64,000 nucleotides of DNA from Gemmatimonadota bacterium (GTDB lineage: Bacteria > Gemmatimonadota > Gemmatimonadetes > Gemmatimonadales > GWC2-71-9). Shown in pieces: positions 47,259 to 57,676 of the stretch (the stretch's first letter is position 1; each line of letters opens with the position of its first letter). The DNA lies in NCBI GenBank assembly GCA_039588255.1, contig JBDHAF010000002.1:33688-97687 (forward strand), written 5' to 3'. Below the pieces are notes generated by a model. The model worked only from the letters and a program-made list of their open reading frames with translations. It made no database searches and had not been told where the DNA came from. Made by a program: the position numbers and the translations under genes.

Positions 47259-47655
47259 GACCAAGGTTCGGGCCAGAGCATTGCAGGTGTTGTACGCATG
47301 GGAATTGCAGGATCGCCCGCCGGTGGACCGCGTGATGGATGCGCTCCAGGCAGGGGAGGGGACGTGGCCCGAAGGTGCGGCGGCGGCCACACTCGCCGGC
47401 CGCGTAGTGGACCACGTGGATCGCCTCGATGGTGAGATCGAGGCGGCGGCGGACAAGTGGCGCCTTTCTCGGATTGGCACGGTCGAACGGAACATACTTC
47501 GACTGGGGCTCTACGAATTGTCGGAGACCGACGTCCCGCCGCGGGTCGCGATCGACGAGGGGGTGCGCCTGGCCCAATGGTTTGCCGGTGAGAAGGCTCC
47601 GGCGTTCGTGAACGGTGTGTTGGACGCCCTTGCTCGGCACCACGGTCGACTGTGA
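47245..47655 (+). CDS. nusB: Transcription antitermination factor NusB
   Basis: 136 aa. RARALQVLYAWE...ERNILRLGLYEL...IDEGVRLA pattern. Conserved position after ribH. Confidence 0.9.
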   Translation: MLRRETKVRARALQVLYAWELQDRPPVDRVMDALQAGEGTWPEGAAAATLAGRVVDHVDRLDGEIEAAADKWRLSRIGTVERNILRLGLYELSETDVPPRVAIDEGVRLAQWFAGEKAPAFVNGVLDALARHHGRL

Positions 47656-48785
47656 GAGTCCTGGCGGTCAACTGGCTCGATCTGGAGAATCCGCAGGCAG
47701 GAGGAGCGGAGATTCATTTCTTTGAGATCTTCAAGCGATTCGTTGGTGCAGGTGATGTGGTCACGTTGGTGTGCTCGGGATGGAAGGGTGCGGCGCCGCG
47801 CGCCACGATCGACGGGATCGAAGTCAGGCGTGTCGGGGGAAGGCACACCTTTGCCGCCCTCGGCCGGCGCGCGGTGCGTGAGGCGCTCGCGAGCGCGCCG
47901 TACGACGTGGTTGTGGAAGACGTGAACAAGCTCCCGCTCTACCTCCCGACACTCACCCGGCTGCCCACCTACACGATCGTCCCCCATTTGTTCGGCAGGA
48001 CGGCGTTTCAGGAGGCGTCGTTTCCGGTGGCGACATTGGTGTGGCTGGCCGAACGCCCAATTCGCTGGGTGTACCGGCGGTCTGCGTTTCATGCCATTAG
48101 TGAGAGCACACGCGACGAGCTGGTGCACCGGGGGGTCGACGGTAAGGCCATTCGAGTGATCTACCCCGGGGTCGACGCCGAGTGGTTCACCCCCGACGTA
48201 GCAACCCCCCGCGCGGAGGTGCCCACCTTCCTGTACGTGGGTCGTCTCAAGCGTTATAAGGGAATAGACATGGCCCTCCGGGCGCTGCAGGGTGTTCGGG
48301 CCCGATACCCGGAGGCGGTTCTCGAGATCGCCGGACATGGCTCCGATCGTGCCCGATTAGTAGCATTGGTGGACGCCCTCGGTCTCGGGAATTCCGTGCA
48401 GTTCCTGGGATTCGTGGACGAGGAAGAGAAACGCCGCCACTTGCGGCAGGCGTGGGCGCACATCTTTCCCTCGGTCAAGGAGGGTTGGGGCATCTCCAAC
48501 GTCGAGGCGTCGGCGTGCGGAACCCCTGCCATCGCGACGGACAGTCCCGGACTGCGGGAATCTGTGCTCCATGAGCAAACGGGTCTGTTGGTGCCGTTCG
48601 GAGACCACGAAGCCCTGGCGTCGGCGATGATTCGGGTTGCCGGCGATGCGGCGTTCAGGGATCGACTGGGTGTTGGTGGGCGTGAGTTTGCGGTCGGCCT
48701 CTCCTGGGAGCGGACCGCAGATCAAACACGGGCCCATGTCTTGGAGACCGCCAGCGCGTCTCGCAAGGAAAGGAGCAAATCGTGA
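47652..48785 (+). CDS. Glycosyltransferase family 4 (GT-B fold)
   Basis: 377 aa. C-terminal E-x7-E-type region (FPSVKEGWGISNVEASACGTPAIATD). GTGA overlap with nusB. Confidence 0.8.
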   Translation: MRVLAVNWLDLENPQAGGAEIHFFEIFKRFVGAGDVVTLVCSGWKGAAPRATIDGIEVRRVGGRHTFAALGRRAVREALASAPYDVVVEDVNKLPLYLPTLTRLPTYTIVPHLFGRTAFQEASFPVATLVWLAERPIRWVYRRSAFHAISESTRDELVHRGVDGKAIRVIYPGVDAEWFTPDVATPRAEVPTFLYVGRLKRYKGIDMALRALQGVRARYPEAVLEIAGHGSDRARLVALVDALGLGNSVQFLGFVDEEEKRRHLRQAWAHIFPSVKEGWGISNVEASACGTPAIATDSPGLRESVLHEQTGLLVPFGDHEALASAMIRVAGDAAFRDRLGVGGREFAVGLSWERTADQTRAHVLETASASRKERSKS

Positions 48786-49090
48786 AGGTTACCGTGACCG
48801 CACGTCACTGCGACATCGATGACGGGCTACGTGACCGGGCTGTGGAACTGATCCAGCGGGCGGCGAAGCGGGTATCGCGGCCCCAACGTGCCGAGATCAT
48901 TTTCGACAACGATCACAACCAGAAGGTCGTCGAATACCAGTTATACTTGCCACGCGGCAGCGTTCACGTTGCTTCGGCCGAAGCAGCCGACTTTCGTACC
49001 GCGCTCGATCGGGCGGCGGAAAAACTCCGCAATCAGTTGGACAAACTGCCGGACCCGGGACGTCGGCGTACGGCGATCGGGGAGAAGTGA
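48782..49090 (+). CDS. hpf: Ribosome hibernation promoting factor, short form (sigma-54 modulation protein family)
   Basis: 102 aa. MKVTVTARHCDIDDGLRDRAVELI...ADFRTALDRAAEKLRNQLDK pattern. GTGA overlap on both sides. Confidence 0.85.
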   Translation: MKVTVTARHCDIDDGLRDRAVELIQRAAKRVSRPQRAEIIFDNDHNQKVVEYQLYLPRGSVHVASAEAADFRTALDRAAEKLRNQLDKLPDPGRRRTAIGEK

Positions 49091-50055
49091 CGCCGCTCAC
49101 TGTCGGCGATCTCATCGCGCGCAAAGGGTCGCACCTCCAACTCGAAGTGCTGACGGGTGACGTCGGGTTGGATCGGACCATTGGCGTGCCTCAGGTCTCG
49201 AGTCCCGGATTGGTGCTCGCCGGGTTCACCAAACGCTTTCTCGCAAAACGTCTCCACATACTCGGTGAGACCGAGGTGCAGTATCTCCGCTCGCTCTCGG
49301 CCGAGGAGCGAACCAAGTCGTGGGGGACGTTCCTGGGGTTCGATTCACCCTGTGTATTCGTCACGAAGGGCCAGCGATTCCCCAAAGAGCTCGTTGGGAT
49401 GGCGAAGGAACACGGAATCCCCATCATACGGTCGAAATTGTCCACCGCCGAGTTCTACCAGCGCCTGACGCCGTATCTCAGCGAAGCGTTTGCACCCAGC
49501 ACGAAGCTGCACGGATCCCTCGCCGACGTGTTCGGTGTCGGATTGCTCTTTGTCGGTAGGTCGGGGATCGGTAAGAGCGAGTGCGTGCTCGATCTGGTGG
49601 AGCGGGGCCACCGCTTGGTCGCCGATGATTCGGTCATCATTACCCAGAGTGGAAACGATGTGTTGATCGGGCATGCACCCGAGCTGACACGGCGCCACAT
49701 GGAGATTCGGGGCGTCGGGATCGTCGATGTCTCCGCGCTCTTCGGGATCCGCGCCGTCCGCCATCAGAAACGCATCGAGGTGGTCGTGCAACTAGTGGAT
49801 TGGGAAAAAGCGCACAAGGCGGATCGCACCGGATTGGACTCGCAGACGACCACGATTCTCGGTGTGGAGCTGCCGCAGGTCAGCGTACCGTTGAACCCGG
49901 GCAAGAATATCACGGTTGTGTCGGAAGTGGTGGCGATGAACCACTTGCTCAAGTACGGCGGAATCGATTCCGCGCATTTGTTGAACGAACGCCTCATCGC
50001 GAAGCTCGCGGAGCAACGCGACCTGCGTGAGTACCTGCTGGAAGATTATGAGTGA
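49087..50055 (+). CDS. hprK: HPr kinase/phosphorylase
   Basis: GRSGIGKSE Walker A, LVADD, EIRGVGIVDV, and the C-terminal LNPGKNI pattern. Confidence 0.92.
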   Translation: MTPLTVGDLIARKGSHLQLEVLTGDVGLDRTIGVPQVSSPGLVLAGFTKRFLAKRLHILGETEVQYLRSLSAEERTKSWGTFLGFDSPCVFVTKGQRFPKELVGMAKEHGIPIIRSKLSTAEFYQRLTPYLSEAFAPSTKLHGSLADVFGVGLLFVGRSGIGKSECVLDLVERGHRLVADDSVIITQSGNDVLIGHAPELTRRHMEIRGVGIVDVSALFGIRAVRHQKRIEVVVQLVDWEKAHKADRTGLDSQTTTILGVELPQVSVPLNPGKNITVVSEVVAMNHLLKYGGIDSAHLLNERLIAKLAEQRDLREYLLEDYE

Positions 50056-50428
50056 AGCGTTGAAAGGCGTGGTCGTGTCACACGGCGATCTCGGAACGGC
50101 ACTGGTCGACGCGGTCCGAAGAATCACGGGTGATGTGGAATCGCTCATCGCCGTGAGCAACGAGGGCTGCAGCCGTGATTCGCTGGGCATGCGGGTCGCG
50201 GAAGCCGCGGGGAACGGCGGTTGCGTCTTATTCGTCGATCTCCCGGGCGGGAGTTGTCTGCTGGCCGCCGCAAGGCATCAGCGGGAGCATGACGCTATTG
50301 CGGTGGTCGCAGGAGTGAACCTGGCGATGCTGCTCGACTTCGTGCACCACCGGAACGTCACCCCGTCCGAGGCGGCCGCACGAGCGGTGAGTGCCGGAGC
50401 GAATGCCGTCAAGAGCATTGGCGGATGA
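50048..50428 (+). CDS. PTS mannose-family EIIA component
   Basis: 126 aa. GVVVSHGDLG places the phosphorylatable His near the N-terminus, followed by FVDLPGGS. Confidence 0.85.
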   Translation: MSEALKGVVVSHGDLGTALVDAVRRITGDVESLIAVSNEGCSRDSLGMRVAEAAGNGGCVLFVDLPGGSCLLAAARHQREHDAIAVVAGVNLAMLLDFVHHRNVTPSEAAARAVSAGANAVKSIGG

Positions 50429-50898
50429 GCCTGGACCTGGTCCGCGTCGACGATCGACTGATTCACGGTCAGGTCGTCGTGGGATGGGGGCGCGAGCTCC
50501 AGTCGGATTTGATTGTGCTGGCGGACGATGAGGTGGCGGCCAACGAGTGGGAACAGGAGCTGTATTGCATGGGTGCTCCCGTGGGCATGAAAGTCGAATT
50601 CACGACGGTCGAGGACGCGGCCGGTTCGGTAGACCGCTGGGCGCACAGCGACTGCAGGACGATCATTCTCGTGAGCGACATCGGTTCGCTGGAGCGGCTG
50701 TGCAACGGAGCGCCGAGCATCCGAAAGGTGAATCTGGGTGGGGTGCACAACGAGGGCGATCGGCATCAGCACCTGCCGTATCTCTTCCTGAGCGACGCCG
50801 AGGTGGTGCAATTGCGTAGTCTAGCGAAACGGGGCATCGATATCACAGCACAGGATCTTCCGACGGCCGCGCCGGTCGAGCTGGCGGCCATTCTCTGA
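50425..50898 (+). CDS. PTS mannose/sorbose-family EIIB component
   Basis: 157 aa. VRVDDRLIHGQVVVGW active-site His motif. Confidence 0.88.
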   Translation: MSLDLVRVDDRLIHGQVVVGWGRELQSDLIVLADDEVAANEWEQELYCMGAPVGMKVEFTTVEDAAGSVDRWAHSDCRTIILVSDIGSLERLCNGAPSIRKVNLGGVHNEGDRHQHLPYLFLSDAEVVQLRSLAKRGIDITAQDLPTAAPVELAAIL

Positions 50899-51572
50899 TG
50901 GAGTTAACGACCATCGGTTGGCTGTTGCTTTGGGGTACGGCTGTGGGCCTCGACCTGGCGACGGTAGCGCAGGTGATGGTTGCGCGGCCCCTGGTGGCCG
51001 CCTCCGTGGCGGGCTGGATCGTAGGCGACGTGCAGACCGGTATCATCGTCGGGGCCGTGCTCGAGTTGTTTGCCCTCGAGGTGCTGCCGTTTGGCGCTGC
51101 CCGGTATCCGGACTACGGCGTGGGTGCGGTGTCCGCGGTGGCGACGGCGGCGGGGGCTCCCGGGATGCTCGGCATCGGCGTCGGCGTGGCGGTCGGCTTG
51201 GTCGTTGCCTACCTGGGAGAGATTGCGATTCAGCTGGTGCGGCAGCAGACGACCATGGACGTCAAGCGGCGTCGTGAGGCCATCGATTCGGGAGACGTCC
51301 ACACGATCACCCGGGCACATCTGCGGGGCATCCGACGTGACGCCCAGCGAGCGCTCGGCCTCGCCGGACTCGGTCTACTCATCGCCACCGTGGTACGAGC
51401 CGCGCCGCCGGTCACGGTGCGCGGGGCGGTCCTGCTGAGCGCGGTGGCGATGGGGGTCGGCCTGGGGACCACGGTCTTGAGCGGGGTGCGAATTGCGAGG
51501 CACGCCCGGGGCGGCTGGGTGTGGCTGGCCGCGGGGTTGGTCGTCGGGACCGCGTGGGTGGTGGTCCAATGA
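50898..51572 (+). CDS. PTS mannose-family EIIC component
   Basis: 224 aa polytopic protein in the canonical position between IIB and IID. The Gly/Ala/Val-rich helices are typical of IIC-Man. This is the weakest sequence call of the four EII parts. Confidence 0.7.
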   Translation: MELTTIGWLLLWGTAVGLDLATVAQVMVARPLVAASVAGWIVGDVQTGIIVGAVLELFALEVLPFGAARYPDYGVGAVSAVATAAGAPGMLGIGVGVAVGLVVAYLGEIAIQLVRQQTTMDVKRRREAIDSGDVHTITRAHLRGIRRDAQRALGLAGLGLLIATVVRAAPPVTVRGAVLLSAVAMGVGLGTTVLSGVRIARHARGGWVWLAAGLVVGTAWVVVQ

Positions 51573-52306
51573 AGCGGGTCATGCTGTCGGCCGCCACGCG
51601 CCTGTTTCTGTTTCAGGCGTCGATCAATCACGAACGCCTCCAAGGATTGGGAATGGCGTCGGCCGTGGAGCCCTTGCTTCGCGACCTCGACGGCGGGCCG
51701 GCCGGCAAGGCCTATCGGGCGGCCATGGGCCGGGCGGCGGGGTTCTTCAACACCCACCCGTATTTGGCGGGATTCGCCGTCGGGGCGGTGGCGAAGGCGG
51801 AACACCAGGGTTTGCCGGAGCAACAGGTCGACCGGCTCCGGACGGCGCTCAAGGGACCGTTGGGGTCCCTCGGCGATCGCTTGATCTGGGCCGGCGCGCT
51901 CCCAGCCACCGCCGCCATCGGGTTGATCTTGCTGACGGTGACCCATCCGCTCATTGCGGTCGGTGGATTCCTGTTGCTGTTCAACGCGGTCCATTTGACC
52001 CTCCGGTGGTGGGGCCTCGGGGCCGGGTGGCGGGCCGGGGTCAAAGTAACCGAGGCGCTGAGGCACCCCGTGTTGCAGGCGGGCCTGAAGACGGCAGGTC
52101 CCGTGGCGGCCTTGATGATCGGCGTCGCCATTCCCGTTGTGGCGGAGTGGTTGACGGAAGGGCTCGACTGGTCGGAGCGATGGGGCACGGCGGGGGTGGC
52201 CCTGGTGACGGTGGTGGTGATGCGGTGGCTTGCGCCGACGGTGGGAGCCGCGCGCCTCGGCATGCTGGCATTGGCGGCAATGCTCATCCTGGCGTGGGTC
52301 TGGTGA
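51569..52306 (+). CDS. PTS mannose-family EIID component
   Basis: 245 aa. N-terminal RLFLFQASINHERLQGLGMA...P matches the IID signature region. ATGA overlap with IIC. Confidence 0.82.
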   Translation: MKRVMLSAATRLFLFQASINHERLQGLGMASAVEPLLRDLDGGPAGKAYRAAMGRAAGFFNTHPYLAGFAVGAVAKAEHQGLPEQQVDRLRTALKGPLGSLGDRLIWAGALPATAAIGLILLTVTHPLIAVGGFLLLFNAVHLTLRWWGLGAGWRAGVKVTEALRHPVLQAGLKTAGPVAALMIGVAIPVVAEWLTEGLDWSERWGTAGVALVTVVVMRWLAPTVGAARLGMLALAAMLILAWVW

Positions 52307-52572
52307 CTGCCGAACGCCGTGTGACCATCGTCAACGAGCTCGGACTCCACGCACGTCCGGCGGCGGAGTTCGTTAAGCTCGCCAGCTCCTATGAGTCCGA
52401 GATCCGCTTGTCCAAGGATGGGGAAGCTGTCAACGGCAAGAGCATCATGGGCGTGATGACCCTCGCCGCCGAGTGCGGCGCCGAGCTGATCGTGCAGGCG
52501 GAAGGCGCCGATGCGGAGGAGGCGGTCATCGCTTTGGAGGAACTAGTGACCAACGGCTTCGGGATACAGTGA
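52303..52572 (+). CDS. ptsH: Phosphocarrier protein HPr
   Basis: 89 aa from GTG 52303. GLHARPA (His15) and NGKSIMGVM (Ser46) motifs are both present. GTGA overlaps on both sides. Confidence 0.92.
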   Translation: MTAERRVTIVNELGLHARPAAEFVKLASSYESEIRLSKDGEAVNGKSIMGVMTLAAECGAELIVQAEGADAEEAVIALEELVTNGFGIQ

Positions 52573-54350
52573 GCGATCCTCGACTGCTCACCGGCATCGG
52601 TGTGTCGCCAGGTATGGTCATCGGTCCCGCGTATGTCGTCACGTGGGGCTTGCCCGACGTGCCGCAGCGCGTGGTGGCGAAGGAGGAGGTTCCCGCCGAG
52701 CTCCAGCGCCTCCGGGATGCCGTCGCCGACGTGCAGCGGCATCTCGACGATCTGCGGAAGCACGCGGCCGACCACGCGGGTCCCACCGAGGCCAAGATCT
52801 TCGATGCCCAGATCCTGATGCTCGAGGATGCTGATTTCTTGGGAGCGGTCGAGCGATTGATTCGCGACAATCAGCTGAGCGCGGAGCGGGCGTTCGAGTT
52901 CAAAGCGTTGGAGCTCCGTGTGCTGTGGACGCAGTCGGAGAGCCAGATGCTCCGTCAACGGCGCGCCGATTTGGCCGGCATCAGCATCCGGGTGCTTCAG
53001 CGGCTCTTGGGCCAATCGATCCAGGAAGTCCTCACGGATCGCGGTGGGGTGCCGGTCATCGTCTTCACCCGAGAACTGACGCCGGGTTTGACGGTGGAGT
53101 TCGATCGCGAGCAGGTCATGGGATTCGCCAGCGTCGAAGGCACCCGCACCTCACACGCGGCGATCCTCGCCCATAGCCTCGGCATTCCCTGCGTCATGGG
53201 GCTGGTGGGAGGTCTCGACAACATCCGCACCGACGGCATGGTGATCCTCGATGGCGCTCGCGGGACGGTGCTTACCGACCCCACACCGGAGGAGATCGCT
53301 CAGGCGCAGGCGCAGGCGGAGCGGCGCCGTCAGTTCGACGCCGAGCTCGAGGCGGTCGGGGCGATGCCCGCGGAGACCCTCGACAAAGCGCGGGTCATGC
53401 TGCGGGGCAACGTCGATCTCCCCGAGGAGCTGAACGCTGCGGCCGAGCACGGGGCGGAAGGCGTGGGGCTGCTCCGCACCGAGTTCCTCGTGGTGGGCCG
53501 GTCGGAGCTCCCCGGCGAGGACGAGCAGGCCGAGTATTTCGCCCGGATCTGCCGGCGCTTTCCCGAGCATCCGGTGGTAGTGCGCACATACGACCTGGGT
53601 GGCGACAAGTTCCCCGCGGCGTTCCGGCCACCGCGCGAGGCGAACCCCTTCCTCGGGTGGCGCGCCATCCGCGTGTGTCTCGACGAGCCGGACATCTTCC
53701 GGGTCCAGGCCCGGGCGATCCTGCGGGCGCGCCACCATGGAGACGTCCAGCTTATGCTTCCCCTCGTGACACAGCTCGAGGAGCTCGAGCGCGCCCGGGA
53801 GCTGGTAGCGGAATCCGCCGACGCCCTGAAGCGGGAGGGAGTCCCCGCCGCGTCGACCGTGCCCATCGGCGTGATGATCGAGACGCCGGCGGCAGCGCTC
53901 CTCGCCGACGAGTTTGCAGCGGCCAGCGATTTTCTCAGCGTGGGGACCAATGATTTGACTCAGTATACCCTCGCGGTGGACCGGGGGAACGCCCGGCTCG
54001 CCGACCGGTTCACGCCGTTCCATCCCGCGGTGGTCCGCTTTCTGAAACGCATCATCGACGCGGGGCAGGAGGCAGGCCTCGACGCCAGCGTGTGCGGCGA
54101 GATGGCCTCGGATCCCCGGGGGGCACTCCTCCTCCTGGGACTGGGATACCGGGTTCTCAGCGTCTCACCTCCGCGCCTTCCCCTCGTGCGGTGGCTGATT
54201 CGGCAGTTCGACGCCACCGTGGCCGCGTCGGTGGCGGCCGAAGCGGTCGAGGCCTCCACCACCTCCGAAATCCTCGGTCTCCTCGGGGACGCGATTGGCG
54301 GTCTGGTGGACGTCGATCTCCTGCCTTCCGAGTTAGTTGCCGGGGGATAG
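52569..54350 (+). CDS. ptsI: Phosphoenolpyruvate-protein phosphotransferase (PTS Enzyme I)
   Basis: GIGVSPGMVIGPA N-terminus, GTRTSHAAILA phospho-His motif, GLLRTEF, and SVGTNDLTQY PEP-utilising signature. Confidence 0.95.
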   Translation: MSDPRLLTGIGVSPGMVIGPAYVVTWGLPDVPQRVVAKEEVPAELQRLRDAVADVQRHLDDLRKHAADHAGPTEAKIFDAQILMLEDADFLGAVERLIRDNQLSAERAFEFKALELRVLWTQSESQMLRQRRADLAGISIRVLQRLLGQSIQEVLTDRGGVPVIVFTRELTPGLTVEFDREQVMGFASVEGTRTSHAAILAHSLGIPCVMGLVGGLDNIRTDGMVILDGARGTVLTDPTPEEIAQAQAQAERRRQFDAELEAVGAMPAETLDKARVMLRGNVDLPEELNAAAEHGAEGVGLLRTEFLVVGRSELPGEDEQAEYFARICRRFPEHPVVVRTYDLGGDKFPAAFRPPREANPFLGWRAIRVCLDEPDIFRVQARAILRARHHGDVQLMLPLVTQLEELERARELVAESADALKREGVPAASTVPIGVMIETPAAALLADEFAAASDFLSVGTNDLTQYTLAVDRGNARLADRFTPFHPAVVRFLKRIIDAGQEAGLDASVCGEMASDPRGALLLLGLGYRVLSVSPPRLPLVRWLIRQFDATVAASVAAEAVEASTTSEILGLLGDAIGGLVDVDLLPSELVAGG

Positions 54351-54410
54351 GGGCGGGACTAGTTTTCAAGGCTCGCTTCGCCACCGCGTTATTCAACTTT
54401 CAAGGGTCGC

Positions 54411-55610
54411 ATGACAGCTCATTCGCATCTTTTTTCCTCGGAATCAGTGACCGAAGGCCACCCCGACAAGATGTCGGATCAGATCTCCGACGCCGTATTG
54501 GACGCCATTCTGGCACAGGACCCCACCGCACGGGTGGCGTGCGAGACGCTGGTGACGACTGGGATGGCAGTGGTTGCGGGGGAAATCACGACCACCGCCG
54601 AGCTGCGGTTCACCGACGTCATTCGCCAGGCCATTCGCGAAATCGGGTACACCGACGCGGCGTTCGGCTTCGACTGCGACACCTGTGCGGTCCTGACCGC
54701 GCTGGACGGTCAATCCCCAGACATCGCGCAGGGTGTGGACACGGGCGGCGCCGGAGACCAGGGCATGATGTTCGGCTACGCCTGTGACGAGACCCCGGAG
54801 CTCATGCCCATGCCCATAGTGCTGGCCCACCGGCTCACCCAACGTCTCACCGCGGTTCGGAAATCCGGGGAGCTTCCCTGGTTGCGGCCCGACGGCAAGA
54901 GCCAGGTGAGCGTCGAGTACGTCGATAGCCGCCCGGTGGGCGTGCGCACGGTGGTCGTATCCACCCAACACGCTCCAGAGATCAGCTCCGACGACATCGA
55001 TGCGGCGGTACGCGAGCACGTCATTGAACCGGTGCTGGCGGAGAGCCATCTCGAGTCCGATGGCGTGCGGTGCCTCATCAACCCGACGGGGCGGTTCGTC
55101 GTCGGGGGGCCCCAAGGGGACGCGGGCCTCACCGGACGTAAGATCATCGTCGACACCTACGGGGGATTTGCGCGTCATGGCGGCGGGGCTTTCAGCGGAA
55201 AGGATCCTTCCAAGGTCGACCGTTCGGCCACCTACGCGGCGCGCTGGGTGGCAAAGAACATCGTGGCCGCCAAGCTCGCGGATCGGTGCGAGGTCCAGCT
55301 GGCGTACGCCATCGGCGTCGCGGAGCCGGTGTCGGTCATGGTGGAGACATTCGGAACCGGAAACATCCCGGATGCCGTGCTGGAGCGAGCGGTGCGTGAA
55401 GTTTTCGATCTCACGCCGGCCGGATTCATCAACGGGCTGGATCTTCGAAACCCGATTTACCGGCCGACGGCCTCCTACGGGCACTTCGGTCGCACGCCCC
55501 AGTTGGCGACCGTGCATGGGAAGGACGTCAAGCTGTTCACTTGGGAAGACCCCGCACGCGTGTCCCAGTTGACCGAGGCGGCCCAACAACTCGAGATGGC
55601 GGGTGCGTGA
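54411..55610 (+). CDS. metK: S-adenosylmethionine synthase
   Basis: [25 protein letters not shown], and [16 protein letters not shown] signatures. Confidence 0.97.
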   Translation: MTAHSHLFSSESVTEGHPDKMSDQISDAVLDAILAQDPTARVACETLVTTGMAVVAGEITTTAELRFTDVIRQAIREIGYTDAAFGFDCDTCAVLTALDGQSPDIAQGVDTGGAGDQGMMFGYACDETPELMPMPIVLAHRLTQRLTAVRKSGELPWLRPDGKSQVSVEYVDSRPVGVRTVVVSTQHAPEISSDDIDAAVREHVIEPVLAESHLESDGVRCLINPTGRFVVGGPQGDAGLTGRKIIVDTYGGFARHGGGAFSGKDPSKVDRSATYAARWVAKNIVAAKLADRCEVQLAYAIGVAEPVSVMVETFGTGNIPDAVLERAVREVFDLTPAGFINGLDLRNPIYRPTASYGHFGRTPQLATVHGKDVKLFTWEDPARVSQLTEAAQQLEMAGA

Positions 55611-55659
55611 TCTCCCGAAGACGACACGCCAGACAATGCTACACGAACTTGAGAGATAG

Positions 55660-57153
<1,494 letters not shown>

Positions 57154-57178
57154 GGGCAGGGGGGAGCGAGAAGCAGAC

Positions 57179-57676
57179 ATGGTCGAAGTCGGGGTAGCAC
57201 ACCTGGGCGTCGAGCGGAACACCAACACGCCGATTGTGGTGCTCCAGGAACGCGAGGGGGATCGGATGATTCCGATCTACATCGGCCATGCCGAGGCGAA
57301 TGCCATCGCCATGGAGTTGGCGGACGTCAAGTTCGAGCGGCCCCTGACCCACGATCTCATGCAGCAGGTCATCGTCGGCCTCGGTGCCGAGCTCAACCAG
57401 GTGGTGCTGACCCGGGTCGAGAAGAGCACGTATTACGCTGAACTGCACCTGCGCCGCGATGATCACGTCATCCAGATTGACGCGCGCCCGTCCGATAGCA
57501 TCGCCATCGCGCTGCGGCTCAAAGCCCCGATCTTCGCTGCGGAGGATCTTCTCACGGCCACGTCCGCCGAAGAAACAATCACGCCGGACCTCACGAGTGA
57601 GGCGCTCGATTCCGACGCCCTCAAGAAATACCTCGAGAATCTGGACCCTGAGGACTTCGGCAAGTTCACTCCGTAA
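57179..57676 (+). CDS. Bifunctional nuclease family protein (BFN/DUF151)
   Basis: 165 aa. PIVVLQEREGDRMIPIYIGHAEANAIAMEL...RPLTHDL and ARPSDSIAIALR patterns. Confidence 0.75.
   Translation: MVEVGVAHLGVERNTNTPIVVLQEREGDRMIPIYIGHAEANAIAMELADVKFERPLTHDLMQQVIVGLGAELNQVVLTRVEKSTYYAELHLRRDDHVIQIDARPSDSIAIALRLKAPIFAAEDLLTATSAEETITPDLTSEALDSDALKKYLENLDPEDFGKFTP

Noticed and set aside
54351-54410. SAM riboswitch upstream of metK, and an SAH riboswitch upstream of ahcY (55611-55659)
   Set aside because: The gaps are only about 60 and 50 nt. Neither contains the conserved cores of the SAM-I/II/IV or SAH elements as far as I can read them.
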